Virus record (IMG/VR): IMGVR_UViG_3300014204_000110
Source of the DNA: a virus
Taxonomy: Duplodnaviria; Caudoviricetes
Strand: one strand, 5' to 3'
Length of the DNA: 64,000 nt
In this document: one piece after another, positions 31,547 to 39,773 of the stretch
How positions within the stretch are numbered: the first letter of the stretch is position 1
Layout of the letters: each line of letters starts with the position of its first letter
Made by a program: the position numbers and the translations under genes
The notes under the pieces: model-generated
Told to the model about the DNA's origin: nothing
The model's input: only the letters and a program-made list of their open reading frames with translations
Database searches by the model: none

Positions 31547-31709
31547 TATTTATTCCTTTTATGACTGATATGATATTTCTTACAATATGGACATTTATAA
31601 GTATATAAATTTTTATAATGTTTAAGTCTTTTAATAGTTCTTAAAGCTACTTGTTCAGTTTTATATTGTTTTTTACTTGAACACATTAAAAATTCTGTAT
31701 AATTCATAA

Positions 31710-32177
31710 TTAATAAGAAGAGTTAAAAGCTTTATAAAATGTATTAATAATTTTCTTTTCTAAGAGTTCTTCAACAGATGTAAAATAACAATTTACCATT
31801 GTAGATAAGAATGGATGTTGTTTATGCATATCATCAGTTGTAATCATAAGTATTGGTAATTTCGCTTCATATGCAAATGCAATCTCTAGAATGGTCCCTA
31901 CGTTGACCCTGTCAGAACCAAAGTTATCCATATTAACGATAAAAAGATTACTTATTCTTATAGCATTATAATCTTTTATAAATATAGCTGATGGTGGTAT
32001 ATTTGAAGTTAATCCAGAGATGTTATCTTCTCCATTAAGCGGATTAAGAAAACATACATCTCCATAATTTTTACCACTATTTTTCCAATTACTATAATGA
32101 TCAATTATTTGAGATCTCCATGCACGACAAAGATCTATTTCTTTTTCCGAGATAATTCCAGCAAGATAAATTTTCAT
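31710..32177 (-). CDS. nucleoside 2-deoxyribosyltransferase / NMP hydrolase-like
   Basis: KIYLAG, WR, LNP, D...I, GTILEIAFA, HPF. Confidence 0.8.
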   Translation of the reverse strand: MKIYLAGIISEKEIDLCRAWRSQIIDHYSNWKNSGKNYGDVCFLNPLNGEDNISGLTSNIPPSAIFIKDYNAIRISNLFIVNMDNFGSDRVNVGTILEIAFAYEAKLPILMITTDDMHKQHPFLSTMVNCYFTSVEELLEKKIINTFYKAFNSSY

Positions 32178-32418
32178 AAGTTAGTTTCTATATGTTCATG
32201 ACATTGTTTACTTGCATTAAGTAATGACCATTTTAGAAGGTATTCTACAGTTATTTTACTTAGATCTAAGTTACCATCTTCTTTTTTTGCAATGTCTATT
32301 GGTGTTTTACTAGATCTAGAAGCATTTTGTAAATCTTCTATAAGTTCAACTAGATTATCAAACATACGCTTATGAAGATCTAGATGACTCTCTTTCCAAA
32401 GACCTTGTATAATTGACA

Positions 32419-32685
32419 TTATAACTCCAAATCTTTGTAACTAATTATTTTAACATCTCTTGCTTTAGCAACATTTATTTTAGTCATTCCAGGATCATTT
32501 CCAACTATAAGATAATCTGTATAACTTCTAACTGTAGAATTATTTTTTACATAATATGTTTTATTTAAATATATTTCAAATTCTATTCTTGTATATCCTG
32601 GAATAGTTCCTGTTACACAAATATTTTTATATTTAAGATCTATTTTTTGTTTTGGTTCTTGATCTCTACGTAAGTTTATACCCAT
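32419..32685 (-). CDS. stand-alone BRCT domain with N-terminal NLR tag
   Basis: ICVTG...R......STV...TDYLIVG..PG.TK...A....VKIIS; starts MGINLRRD. Confidence 0.8.
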   Translation of the reverse strand: MGINLRRDQEPKQKIDLKYKNICVTGTIPGYTRIEFEIYLNKTYYVKNNSTVRSYTDYLIVGNDPGMTKINVAKARDVKIISYKDLEL

Positions 32686-33095
32686 TAATTACCACAGCAT
32701 GATTTAGGTTGTTTAAGTAATTCTTCAGTTTTAGTTTTATTAGTTTTAAAATTAACTATTAACTTATTTTTAAGTTCTTTAGCTATCTGACAATATTCAA
32801 GTTCAAGTCTTAGTAAATTTTTATTTTCTTCAGAAAAGTCTATTGGACAAGATATATTTAATATATAATCTTGATCTTTAAGTAAAACTATTTCTTCAAA
32901 TATATTTACGTTTATATTGTTAATTCTACAGAATGAAATTATATGACCGCCGACACATAGACCGAGTGATGATAATAATAACTCTAGAGGTGTATGAAAA
33001 TATAAATTACTTGATGTCTTTCCTCGTATAGGAACTTTTCCTACTGAAGTAATATTAATAATGTTATTTTTATCTCTCAGATTAACTGTTATCAT
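32685..33095 (-). CDS. OsmC-like protein with N-terminal NLR tag
   Basis: TPLELLLSSLGLC...YCQIAKEL; starts MITVNLRD. Confidence 0.6.
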   Translation of the reverse strand: MITVNLRDKNNIINITSVGKVPIRGKTSSNLYFHTPLELLLSSLGLCVGGHIISFCRINNINVNIFEEIVLLKDQDYILNISCPIDFSEENKNLLRLELEYCQIAKELKNKLIVNFKTNKTKTEELLKQPKSCCGN

Positions 33096-33121
33096 TGTTC
33101 TATTTGTCCACTGCCATTTAA

Positions 33122-33343
33122 TTATAAATTATGACTTTTATCGATACTTGGATATAATTCTAACTTTCCGTAATAATTAATACTTAATATATTTCCAGCA
33201 TTATATTCATAAGTTCCATCTTTATTAACTATTGATAAAACTACACGATTATTATCTCTAAATAGTCTTAAGTATATTGGTGGTTTATTTTCTAATTGTA
33301 ATTCAACTATTTCTTTTTCATCATAAGCTCGTAGATTAAGCAT
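33122..33343 (-). CDS. hypothetical protein with N-terminal NLR tag
   Basis: starts MLNLRAYD. Confidence 0.55.
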   Translation of the reverse strand: MLNLRAYDEKEIVELQLENKPPIYLRLFRDNNRVVLSIVNKDGTYEYNAGNILSINYYGKLELYPSIDKSHNL

Positions 33344-33346
33344 ATT

Positions 33347-34321
33347 TTATCCTATTTCTTTAATATCATTTATAGTTGGACCATAACCAAACCATGATAT
33401 TTTTGAGATGTTATTTAATCTAGAATAAAATTCATTACAATTATCTTTATTAAGATAATTAATAAAATTCATAAATACATTAGTTACACCATTCATTAAA
33501 CAAGATTCTTTATATTGTTCAATAGAAAAAGAAAATAATCTTCTTACTTTTTTACTAATAGTTGTTAATTCTGGTACTTGCTTAATATCATTCCAGGTTA
33601 TTTCATGTTGGTCTTGATAATATGGTCCTGAATAACCAATCATATTACCTATATTATCAAAATGATTAGCAACTCTAATTGGATAAGTACGCATACAAGC
33701 TATAATTTTATCGACCCATTGAATAGGAATTCCTGCATCAGCTAATCCTTGTTGTGGACTTGTATTACGGCTAGTACAATAAGGATAAAATCCATGATTT
33801 AGTGATAATGAATGTCCTTGTGGTATTGCTAATTGAATATGTTTACATGATTTTAACAATTCAAACCAATTTCTTGCACTAATTGTAAATTCTGGTAATA
33901 TTTTATTAGCAGTATTTATATTTTTAGGATCTCTATTTATTTTTTGAATAATAGAAGTACTAGTACCTCTCATAGTAGATCCTATTTGTATTAAATTCTT
34001 TTCTTTTTCTATATTATTTTCAGTTATTATTGTTGCATTTTCATGAATTAGAATTTTTGCATCTTTAGGAAGAAGTGCTTGCTCTTTCCAAAAATCAGTT
34101 ATATTAATGATTGATCCTGGTGATAATAAATGTAAACATGGTGCATTAGTAGCAAATGTTGTCCATTTATTACCATTTGAATCAAAACCTCCAGAATTTG
34201 GACCAAAATTACTTACAATTGTATCTGGATTATATTTATGAAAATAATATTCATTAAAAAGTCGTTTACCTTCACTACCATATTGTCCACCAAAAATTAT
34301 ATCTACCTTTGGATTATTCAT
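33347..34321 (-). CDS. purZ: adenylosuccinate-synthetase family protein, PurZ-like
   Basis: GGQYGSEGK (Ser at PurA Asp13), IGST..G, QG.SL..NHGFYPYCTSR, RTYPIRVAN, SGP, ELTT..K..RR. Confidence 0.75.
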   Translation of the reverse strand: MNNPKVDIIFGGQYGSEGKRLFNEYYFHKYNPDTIVSNFGPNSGGFDSNGNKWTTFATNAPCLHLLSPGSIINITDFWKEQALLPKDAKILIHENATIITENNIEKEKNLIQIGSTMRGTSTSIIQKINRDPKNINTANKILPEFTISARNWFELLKSCKHIQLAIPQGHSLSLNHGFYPYCTSRNTSPQQGLADAGIPIQWVDKIIACMRTYPIRVANHFDNIGNMIGYSGPYYQDQHEITWNDIKQVPELTTISKKVRRLFSFSIEQYKESCLMNGVTNVFMNFINYLNKDNCNEFYSRLNNISKISWFGYGPTINDIKEIG

Positions 34322-34322
34322 A

Positions 34323-35816
34323 TTATCCTATATCATAATTTTCAATAGTTTTAACTAAATTATTTTCACCTTGTTCTACAACTGAAATATAATCAAGTAC
34401 TTTATCACTCCATCCAGCTATAAGATTGACGTTATTACCAATTACTTTTATACTTCCATGCCCAGCTAGATCTATTGAATGAATCCACATGTTTTTATTT
34501 TTAGTTTTGAGCTGAGATGCATATCTTTGAGTATCTGAAGTTCTATAATCATAAGAGCTATCATTATAACATTGCATATCTGAAAATATAATAACTCTAT
34601 CAATAGGTTCATTTAAACTGTTAAGTACTTTAAACGCTTCATGAAGATTAGTACTATGACCTACTCCAGAATGCTCTAGTTTAGAAATATTATCAAATAT
34701 ACTTGCTTTTGTTGAAAGATGTATAATTTTAGCAGTTTCTCCAAATGGAACAGCTATAGAGTTATCACAAAATTTAACTGCTGCTGATGCTAAAAGATTA
34801 CCAATTTGTCTCATTTGAACAATACTATCTTTTGAAATAGTACTATCCATACTACCACTTTCATCAGTTATAATAGCAGTAGTTCCAGATAATTTAGGAA
34901 GATTTTCAAATGAAATCAATAGTGCATCTTCAATAGTATCTAGAACTTTTGTACATCTAGTTTTACCAAGAGTTTCAACCATTTTATAAGCAGAGAAAAA
35001 TCTAAATGGAAGTTGTTTAGATTTACGTACTTCTTCTGGATTCTTAAGTATGTTGCATACTTTATCTAGATGAATGTCTGAAATATTATTTTCAAGCATA
35101 TTTTTAAGATTACGTAAAAGCATCATATATCCAGCTTTACTATCTATAATCTCTTCCCATACTTTTTTACTTTGACCTTTTTCTGAAAGTATTGTTTCTC
35201 TTGTTTTAGGAGTTTTAAGACGATCTTCTATAAGACGTTTCCAAAGATCAGCTTGTTCCTGATCTTTAGGTTTTGGTCGACATAAAAGTAATGCGTCTTT
35301 AAGCTTTACAGTGCTTTTAGAGCCTTTGTATCGTGAGAGGCTATATTCATCAAACTTTGGAAATACATCTGCTATACCTCTTCGTAAGCTTCTAGGAATA
35401 GGATTAACTTGTCTTTTACCTAAAGATAGATGATAAGCTAAGATATTAGTAATATCATCAACTCGTTCAATGATTTTACTGATCATTTTACGAACAATTC
35501 TATTACCTTTAGCACCTTTTGCTACTTCTGCGGCAAGTACATGAGATACACTACGCATATGAAATTCATTACGTGCGTAACAAGCAAGTCGTGCTACAAA
35601 TTCAGGATCTTCAGATATAACTCTACGTGCTACTGAAATAAGTTCTGAAGTATTATCTCCATAAAATTTAGGTTCATTAATGAAACTGGTGAGTACTTCT
35701 GTTACGAGTTTTTCTTTATCTTTAAGATCATAAGCGAGTCCACCAGCTTTATTTATTGTTTTTCTAGTAGTAATTGTTGATCTACCAGTACTAACTGCTT
35801 TTGTATTTGCTTTCAT
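34323..35816 (-). CDS. rsr: TROVE-vWA protein, Ro60/Rsr ortholog
   Basis: NKAGGLAY, E.KFY, YAR....RS, FDEY.L.RY, MLLRNL, QLPFRFFSAY, DESGSM, IFSDMQ, GWSD. Confidence 0.92.
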   Translation of the reverse strand: MKANTKAVSTGRSTITTRKTINKAGGLAYDLKDKEKLVTEVLTSFINEPKFYGDNTSELISVARRVISEDPEFVARLACYARNEFHMRSVSHVLAAEVAKGAKGNRIVRKMISKIIERVDDITNILAYHLSLGKRQVNPIPRSLRRGIADVFPKFDEYSLSRYKGSKSTVKLKDALLLCRPKPKDQEQADLWKRLIEDRLKTPKTRETILSEKGQSKKVWEEIIDSKAGYMMLLRNLKNMLENNISDIHLDKVCNILKNPEEVRKSKQLPFRFFSAYKMVETLGKTRCTKVLDTIEDALLISFENLPKLSGTTAIITDESGSMDSTISKDSIVQMRQIGNLLASAAVKFCDNSIAVPFGETAKIIHLSTKASIFDNISKLEHSGVGHSTNLHEAFKVLNSLNEPIDRVIIFSDMQCYNDSSYDYRTSDTQRYASQLKTKNKNMWIHSIDLAGHGSIKVIGNNVNLIAGWSDKVLDYISVVEQGENNLVKTIENYDIG

Positions 35817-35873
35817 GACACCCTCCGTAAGAGATTATATTTTTAATAAAGGTTAATATATAACCAATATAGG

Positions 35874-36104
35874 TTAATTTATAAACATTAAAATTATCCA
35901 AGTAAATATTGCTAAAGGAATTGATAATTGTCCTATTGCTGGACAGAAACCTATAAGCGAACCTTGCCACCAAACTATAGCATCTGGTTTTCCCATAAAA
36001 TTTAACCAACTATTAATCGTATAAGGCCAACATATTGCTCCAATAATAGCACTTATAAGTAATATAAAAATAAATCCACCACAACTGGTTTTAACTGAAG
36101 CCAT
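35874..36104 (-). CDS. small membrane protein
   Basis: AAGGAG RBS; hydrophobic, CWPYTINSWL...WWQG. Confidence 0.65.
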   Translation of the reverse strand: MASVKTSCGGFIFILLISAIIGAICWPYTINSWLNFMGKPDAIVWWQGSLIGFCPAIGQLSIPLAIFTWIILMFIN

Positions 36105-36133
36105 AAAATTCTCCTTTAAGTTAAAATAAAAAA

Positions 36134-36196
36134 TAGCGGAAAAATCGATAAATGTATTTTTTTCACACAAGAAGTAACATTTATCAGCATCCGCTA
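36134..36196 (-). ncRNA. Y-RNA-like element 1 (minimal scaffold)
   Basis: UAGCGGA-UGCU-GAUAAAUGU-UACUUC...ACAUUUAUC-GAUUUU-UCCGCUA. Confidence 0.7.
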
Positions 36197-36203
36197 AAGT
36201 TAT

Positions 36204-36310
36204 ACAATAGTAATAAGAATCGAACTTACCTTTACGATACGTCTATCGATTAGTCTTCCAATAGGACTAGTCCTCGTGAGACCATGTTCCCCAGATCATC
36301 ATACTATTGT
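36204..36310 (-). ncRNA. tRNA-like RNA with expanded central region
   Basis: 9-bp closing stem ACAAUAGUA/UACUAUUGU, T arm GUAAG-UUCGAUU-CUUAU, three internal hairpins. Confidence 0.55.
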
Positions 36311-36316
36311 TTGTTA

Positions 36317-36436
36317 TAATAATATAGCGTGTTATTACACCAAAAAACTACCATTCAGATTAGCTTTATTTCAGCCACTCGCTTTTCATTTACTCATTAA
36401 AGATGCTCTACTATTAAGGCTACTACTATATTATTA
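36317..36436 (-). ncRNA. putative structured ncRNA inside the Y-RNA array
   Basis: 11-bp closing stem UAAUAAUAUAG/CUAUAUUAUUA; no ORF. Confidence 0.4.
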
Positions 36437-36447
36437 AAGTTAAAAAA

Positions 36448-36574
36448 TAAACGGTAAAAGCATTTTTAGTATTTTACGTGCTCTAACCAACTGAGCTATC
36501 TATTAGAATCTAATAGAAAAGGACTCGAACCTTTGACATCGTCATATGAAGTAACTAAAAATAACAACCGTTTA
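36448..36574 (-). ncRNA. YrlA-like Y RNA 2 (circularly permuted tRNA domain)
   Basis: scaffold plus T arm AAAGGUUCGAGUCCUUU, capped acceptor hairpin UCUAUUAGAUUCUAAUAGA, then D arm UAGCUCAGUUGGUUAGAGCA. Confidence 0.85.
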
Positions 36575-36583
36575 ATATATAAA

Positions 36584-36677
36584 AATGAGAAAATCTATTA
36601 AAGTTATGGCCCATGCCGTATAAGAAAAATCTTATACTTAGAATCGAACTAAGAAGTAGCTCTAATATACACTCATT
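36584..36677 (-). ncRNA. YrlA-like Y RNA 3 (compact permuted tRNA domain)
   Basis: scaffold plus T arm CUUAGUUCGAUUCUAAG, hairpin UAUAAGA-UUUU-UCUUAUA, reduced D arm GGCAUGGGCC. Confidence 0.75.
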
Positions 36678-36690
36678 ATAATTTACAAAA

Positions 36691-36771
36691 AGTGGGAAAA
36701 TTTAAAAGTCTTGGTAAGTTTCCTTACCTTCTGATATGTATAGTAGAAGTAAGACTTTTTAAACACCCACT
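36691..36771 (-). ncRNA. Y-RNA-like element 4
   Basis: AGUGGG-UGUU-UAAAAAGUCU-UACUUC...AGACUUUU-AAAUUUU-CCCACU with GGUAAG/CUUACC hairpin payload. Confidence 0.7.
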
Positions 36772-36779
36772 AAATTAAA

Positions 36780-36915
36780 TAAGATCGACAAAAATTATAG
36801 CAGTCTTTTTATACGGTCGCCTTACCACTTGGCTATAGATAACAAGTTATCTAGTAAGATTCGAACTTACGGTAACTGTTCCAATGGAAGTATCTGCTAA
36901 AAACATCCGACCTTA
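36780..36915 (-). ncRNA. YrlA-like Y RNA 5 (circularly permuted tRNA domain)
   Basis: scaffold plus T arm GUAAGUUCGAAUCUUAC, hairpin UAGAUAACUUGUUAUCUA, D arm UAGCCAAGUGGUAAGGCG. Confidence 0.85.
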
Positions 36916-36918
36916 AAG

Positions 36919-37323
36919 TTACTGTTTTGATTTGAAATGCAATTCTCTATGACAATTTGCACATAAAATTATACATTTATCTATTTCTTCTAATATTTTT
37001 GTCTTTGAACATCTTCCCATCATTGATACTTCAAAATCTTTATTAGCTGGATCTACATGATGAAAATCTAACACATACCATCTATCATCTCTGCAGTTTT
37101 TACAAGATAAAGTTTTCTTTAAGTCAATATACCACTCTCGTATTCCATTTTCGTATGTCTTTCTTGTATTTTTTTCTTCTATTTTATGATCTTGATAATA
37201 TTTTAGTCTTCTTTTAGTTGAACAGTCAATACAGTACGGTTGTAGTACTGTTTTGGTTTTTAATTTTCTTTTCCAAAATTTATCATCATCTAAATGTCTA
37301 TTACATTTTTTGCAATATTTCAT
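36919..37323 (-). CDS. free-standing HNH endonuclease
   Basis: CKKC..CIDC..CKNC...LDFHHVDP..K...E.DKC..LCANCHR; AGGAGGT RBS. Confidence 0.85.
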   Translation of the reverse strand: MKYCKKCNRHLDDDKFWKRKLKTKTVLQPYCIDCSTKRRLKYYQDHKIEEKNTRKTYENGIREWYIDLKKTLSCKNCRDDRWYVLDFHHVDPANKDFEVSMMGRCSKTKILEEIDKCIILCANCHRELHFKSKQ

Positions 37324-37391
37324 AGTGACCTCCTATATTTAGTATAGGCTGTCATTTATATTTTTGATTGACAATCAAGTGCATTAACCAA

Positions 37392-37667
37392 CTATGCTAA
37401 TATATCATTAAAGTATCCGTTTTCAAAATCATTCAATAAATGTACACCATTAGTAAAATTATATTTAAAATCTGTAGATTTTACATATTCAAGAAAAAGT
37501 GGTTGTTCAGTAACAGAAAAACCATCATAACTACCATTTTTAAATATAACGCTTATTGCAGTACCAAGTCCATCAAAGTCTGGATATTCGTCATAAACGT
37601 ATCCTAGAGTATTTATTGGATTTGCTAGACAAAGTACTTTAAGTTTTACTATATCTCCAATTTTCAT
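37392..37667 (-). CDS. hypothetical phage protein
   Basis: MKIGDIVK...G.VY.EY....SVIF.NG.YDGFS; AAGGA RBS. Confidence 0.55.
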   Translation of the reverse strand: MKIGDIVKLKVLCLANPINTLGYVYDEYPDFDGLGTAISVIFKNGSYDGFSVTEQPLFLEYVKSTDFKYNFTNGVHLLNDFENGYFNDILA

Positions 37668-37689
37668 AAAAATCCTTAAATAAATTATA

Positions 37690-37812
37690 ATATAATGAAA
37701 AAAGCTAGAACAGAGATTGTCGGCTATACGACTTTAAGTATTACTTAAAGCTCTGAATTTCACGTTTATACAAATTATAAAAGAAGTAACTGTTCTAAAA
37801 CATCCATTATAT
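37690..37812 (-). ncRNA. Y-RNA-like element 6 (multi-hairpin payload)
   Basis: AUAUAAUGGA-UGUU-UUAGAACAGU-UACUUC...CUGUUCUAG-CUUUUUU-CAUUAUAU. Confidence 0.7.
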
Positions 37813-37836
37813 CATAAAAATTAAAAATAAATTAAG

Positions 37837-38196
37837 CTATGTAATATTTATCTTTTCCCATAAAAATGGTATATAAGTTGCTCTTATTCCAACATTACCT
37901 AGAACATTAAGCATTGCTGCTGCTCCAATATTATTAGCAGTATGAATAAATATCTTGTCTGGAGCATGTTCTGGATTATTTGCTATCCAATTAGCAACTT
38001 CATATCCAGTACCTTCACCAGGTACATCAAAAGTATCACCAAGATCATGATCTAACATGAGATAATCATACTTATTATTTTTAAGAAGATCTATTGCTTC
38101 TTTAGGTATGTCTGTAAAAGTTACATTACAATCAATAAGACGCTTTTTAAATTGAAATATACGTTCAGCATTATCTTCAAGTATTAGTATTTTCAT
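37837..38196 (-). CDS. cyclic-phosphate-processing receiver-domain protein
   Basis: ILILEDN..R, LMLDHDLGD, GTGYEVA.WI, IHTAN..GA..M. Confidence 0.75.
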   Translation of the reverse strand: MKILILEDNAERIFQFKKRLIDCNVTFTDIPKEAIDLLKNNKYDYLMLDHDLGDTFDVPGEGTGYEVANWIANNPEHAPDKIFIHTANNIGAAAMLNVLGNVGIRATYIPFLWEKINIT

Positions 38197-38633
38197 TTTA
38201 ATCTTTCATTTATAAGTTGACTTATTCTTTTACTATCAAACAAACCTTTAGTCTGAGACATAACTTGCTTTATTACTAAACCCATTTCTTTTTTAGAAGT
38301 AGCATTTAAAGTTTTAATACTTTCGTTTATAATATCAGTTACTTCTTGTTCAGACATTTGTTTTGGTTGATATCTTTTGAGTATATCTATTTCATTTTGT
38401 TCTTTGGTTACTAGATCTTGTCTGTTGCCTTTAATGAACATTTCAATTGATTCTTCATGTTGTTTAATACTTTTGTTTACGATACTTATAACAAGATCAT
38501 CTGTTATTTCTAAACGTTTATTAAGTTTTTGAAGTTGTATGTCTGAGTCTAGAGTTCTTAGAACAGTAGTTTCACCGTTTTTAGTTTTCATACTTGTAAT
38601 TATATCAAATTTAATTTGTTCATAAATAGACAT
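38193..38633 (-). CDS. GatB/YqeY domain protein
   Basis: I..D...SMK...K..KQ..ESI..F..GNR.DL...E..EI..L..Y.PKQMSE...KEMG.V.K; start corrected to MSIYEQ. Confidence 0.9.
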   Translation of the reverse strand: MSIYEQIKFDIITSMKTKNGETTVLRTLDSDIQLQKLNKRLEITDDLVISIVNKSIKQHEESIEMFIKGNRQDLVTKEQNEIDILKRYQPKQMSEQEVTDIINESIKTLNATSKKEMGLVIKQVMSQTKGLFDSKRISQLINERLK

Positions 38634-38649
38634 AAATGTTCCTTTAAAG

Positions 38650-38723
38650 TGCAGTAAGTAAGATTTGAACTTACGATATTCTGTTTGGAAGACAGACTCC
38701 TTAACCAACTGGGATATTACTGC
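38650..38723 (-). tRNA. tRNA-Gly(TCC)
   Basis: GCAGTAA/TTACTGC acceptor, TCTGT-CTTCCAA-ACAGA, GTAAG-TTCAAAT-CTTAC; no encoded CCA. Confidence 0.85.
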
Positions 38724-39162
38724 ATAAAAGTTATAGGTGATTGAAATTCTTTGTTTTCTTTTTTTTCAGGAAGAACTTTAGCTAAAATGAGTTCTCGTTC
38801 AATGACTTCTATAAATATACGATTCCAAGCGCTATCAATAGATAATAAAATAAGTTCATTATTAGCTATAAATATTAATTTTTTATGATAACCTTTTTTT
38901 GTTTTTTCATTATAAATTTCAGTTATATTATTTTTATTTAAAAATTCTGTTAATTCATTATAGTTTATGCTTTTATAATTTTGTTTAAAATCATTATCAA
39001 CTGATAATATACATAATTTTTTCATATTTATTCAATCAATTCTTCAAAGAGATCATTAAGATTTTGTTCTTCATTAAAACTTTCAGCACAAGCAGTACAT
39101 AAATCTTCACTATCACATTCATCTGGTTCAATAACGTCACCACAGCAACTACAATACATATA

Positions 39163-39756
39163 TTACTCCTCTAGATCTAATTTCATTTGATCTTTTAAGA
39201 TCTTATTTTGTTTAATATCATAAAGTTCTCTATCTTCATATCGATGTTTTGCTCTCCAACCCATAATTTTAGTACCAATGTCCCAAAGTGCATTGCGTTT
39301 TATATGATGATAAAGTTCTGTTTTACAATAACTATATATTTCTACATAATTCTTTTTTATTATAGGCTTTATATATTGTCTAAGACTTGGAAGTAATCTT
39401 ACTCCAAATATTATATCCGTATCATAATAAAATGATTTATTTGGTTCTTTATAAATTGTAGATTTATGGTCAAAACATGATTTTTGTGAGATACTTAATT
39501 TATCAAATATTTGTTTAGATATTATAAGTTCGGGTTCTTTATAGTCATCTAGAGTTTGTATATAAGTTTCTTTAAAAAGTGGTACAATTTCACAAAGTTC
39601 TTTTCCTAAAGGGTGTTTTTTACCAGTTCGACTGACTGTATATTTAACTACATAACCTTTTTGATTATAAAAATCCTTTTCTCTGTTTTCAGTAGAACTA
39701 TCTTTGAGTATTTTTCTTATCTTTTTATGTTTATAATATTTTTTACTTTTAAACAT
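39163..39756 (-). CDS. hypothetical basic protein
   Basis: 197-aa ORF with GGAG RBS. Confidence 0.55.
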   Translation of the reverse strand: MFKSKKYYKHKKIRKILKDSSTENREKDFYNQKGYVVKYTVSRTGKKHPLGKELCEIVPLFKETYIQTLDDYKEPELIISKQIFDKLSISQKSCFDHKSTIYKEPNKSFYYDTDIIFGVRLLPSLRQYIKPIIKKNYVEIYSYCKTELYHHIKRNALWDIGTKIMGWRAKHRYEDRELYDIKQNKILKDQMKLDLEE

Positions 39757-39773
39757 TATATCTCCAAATAAAC

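Noticed and set aside
36134-36915. CRISPR array or simple repeat reading of the recurring GAAGTA units
   Set aside because: There are no identical direct repeats with unique spacers; conservation is structural (covarying helices) and no cas genes are seen.
36448-36915. Ordinary tRNA genes at the GTTCGA motifs
   Set aside because: The T arm precedes the D arm, the acceptor stem is closed by a loop and there is no anticodon loop, so these are permuted mimics.
38634-38708. N-terminal extension of the YqeY ORF
   Set aside because: It runs through tRNA-Gly; the real start is ATG at 38633 after AAAGGA.
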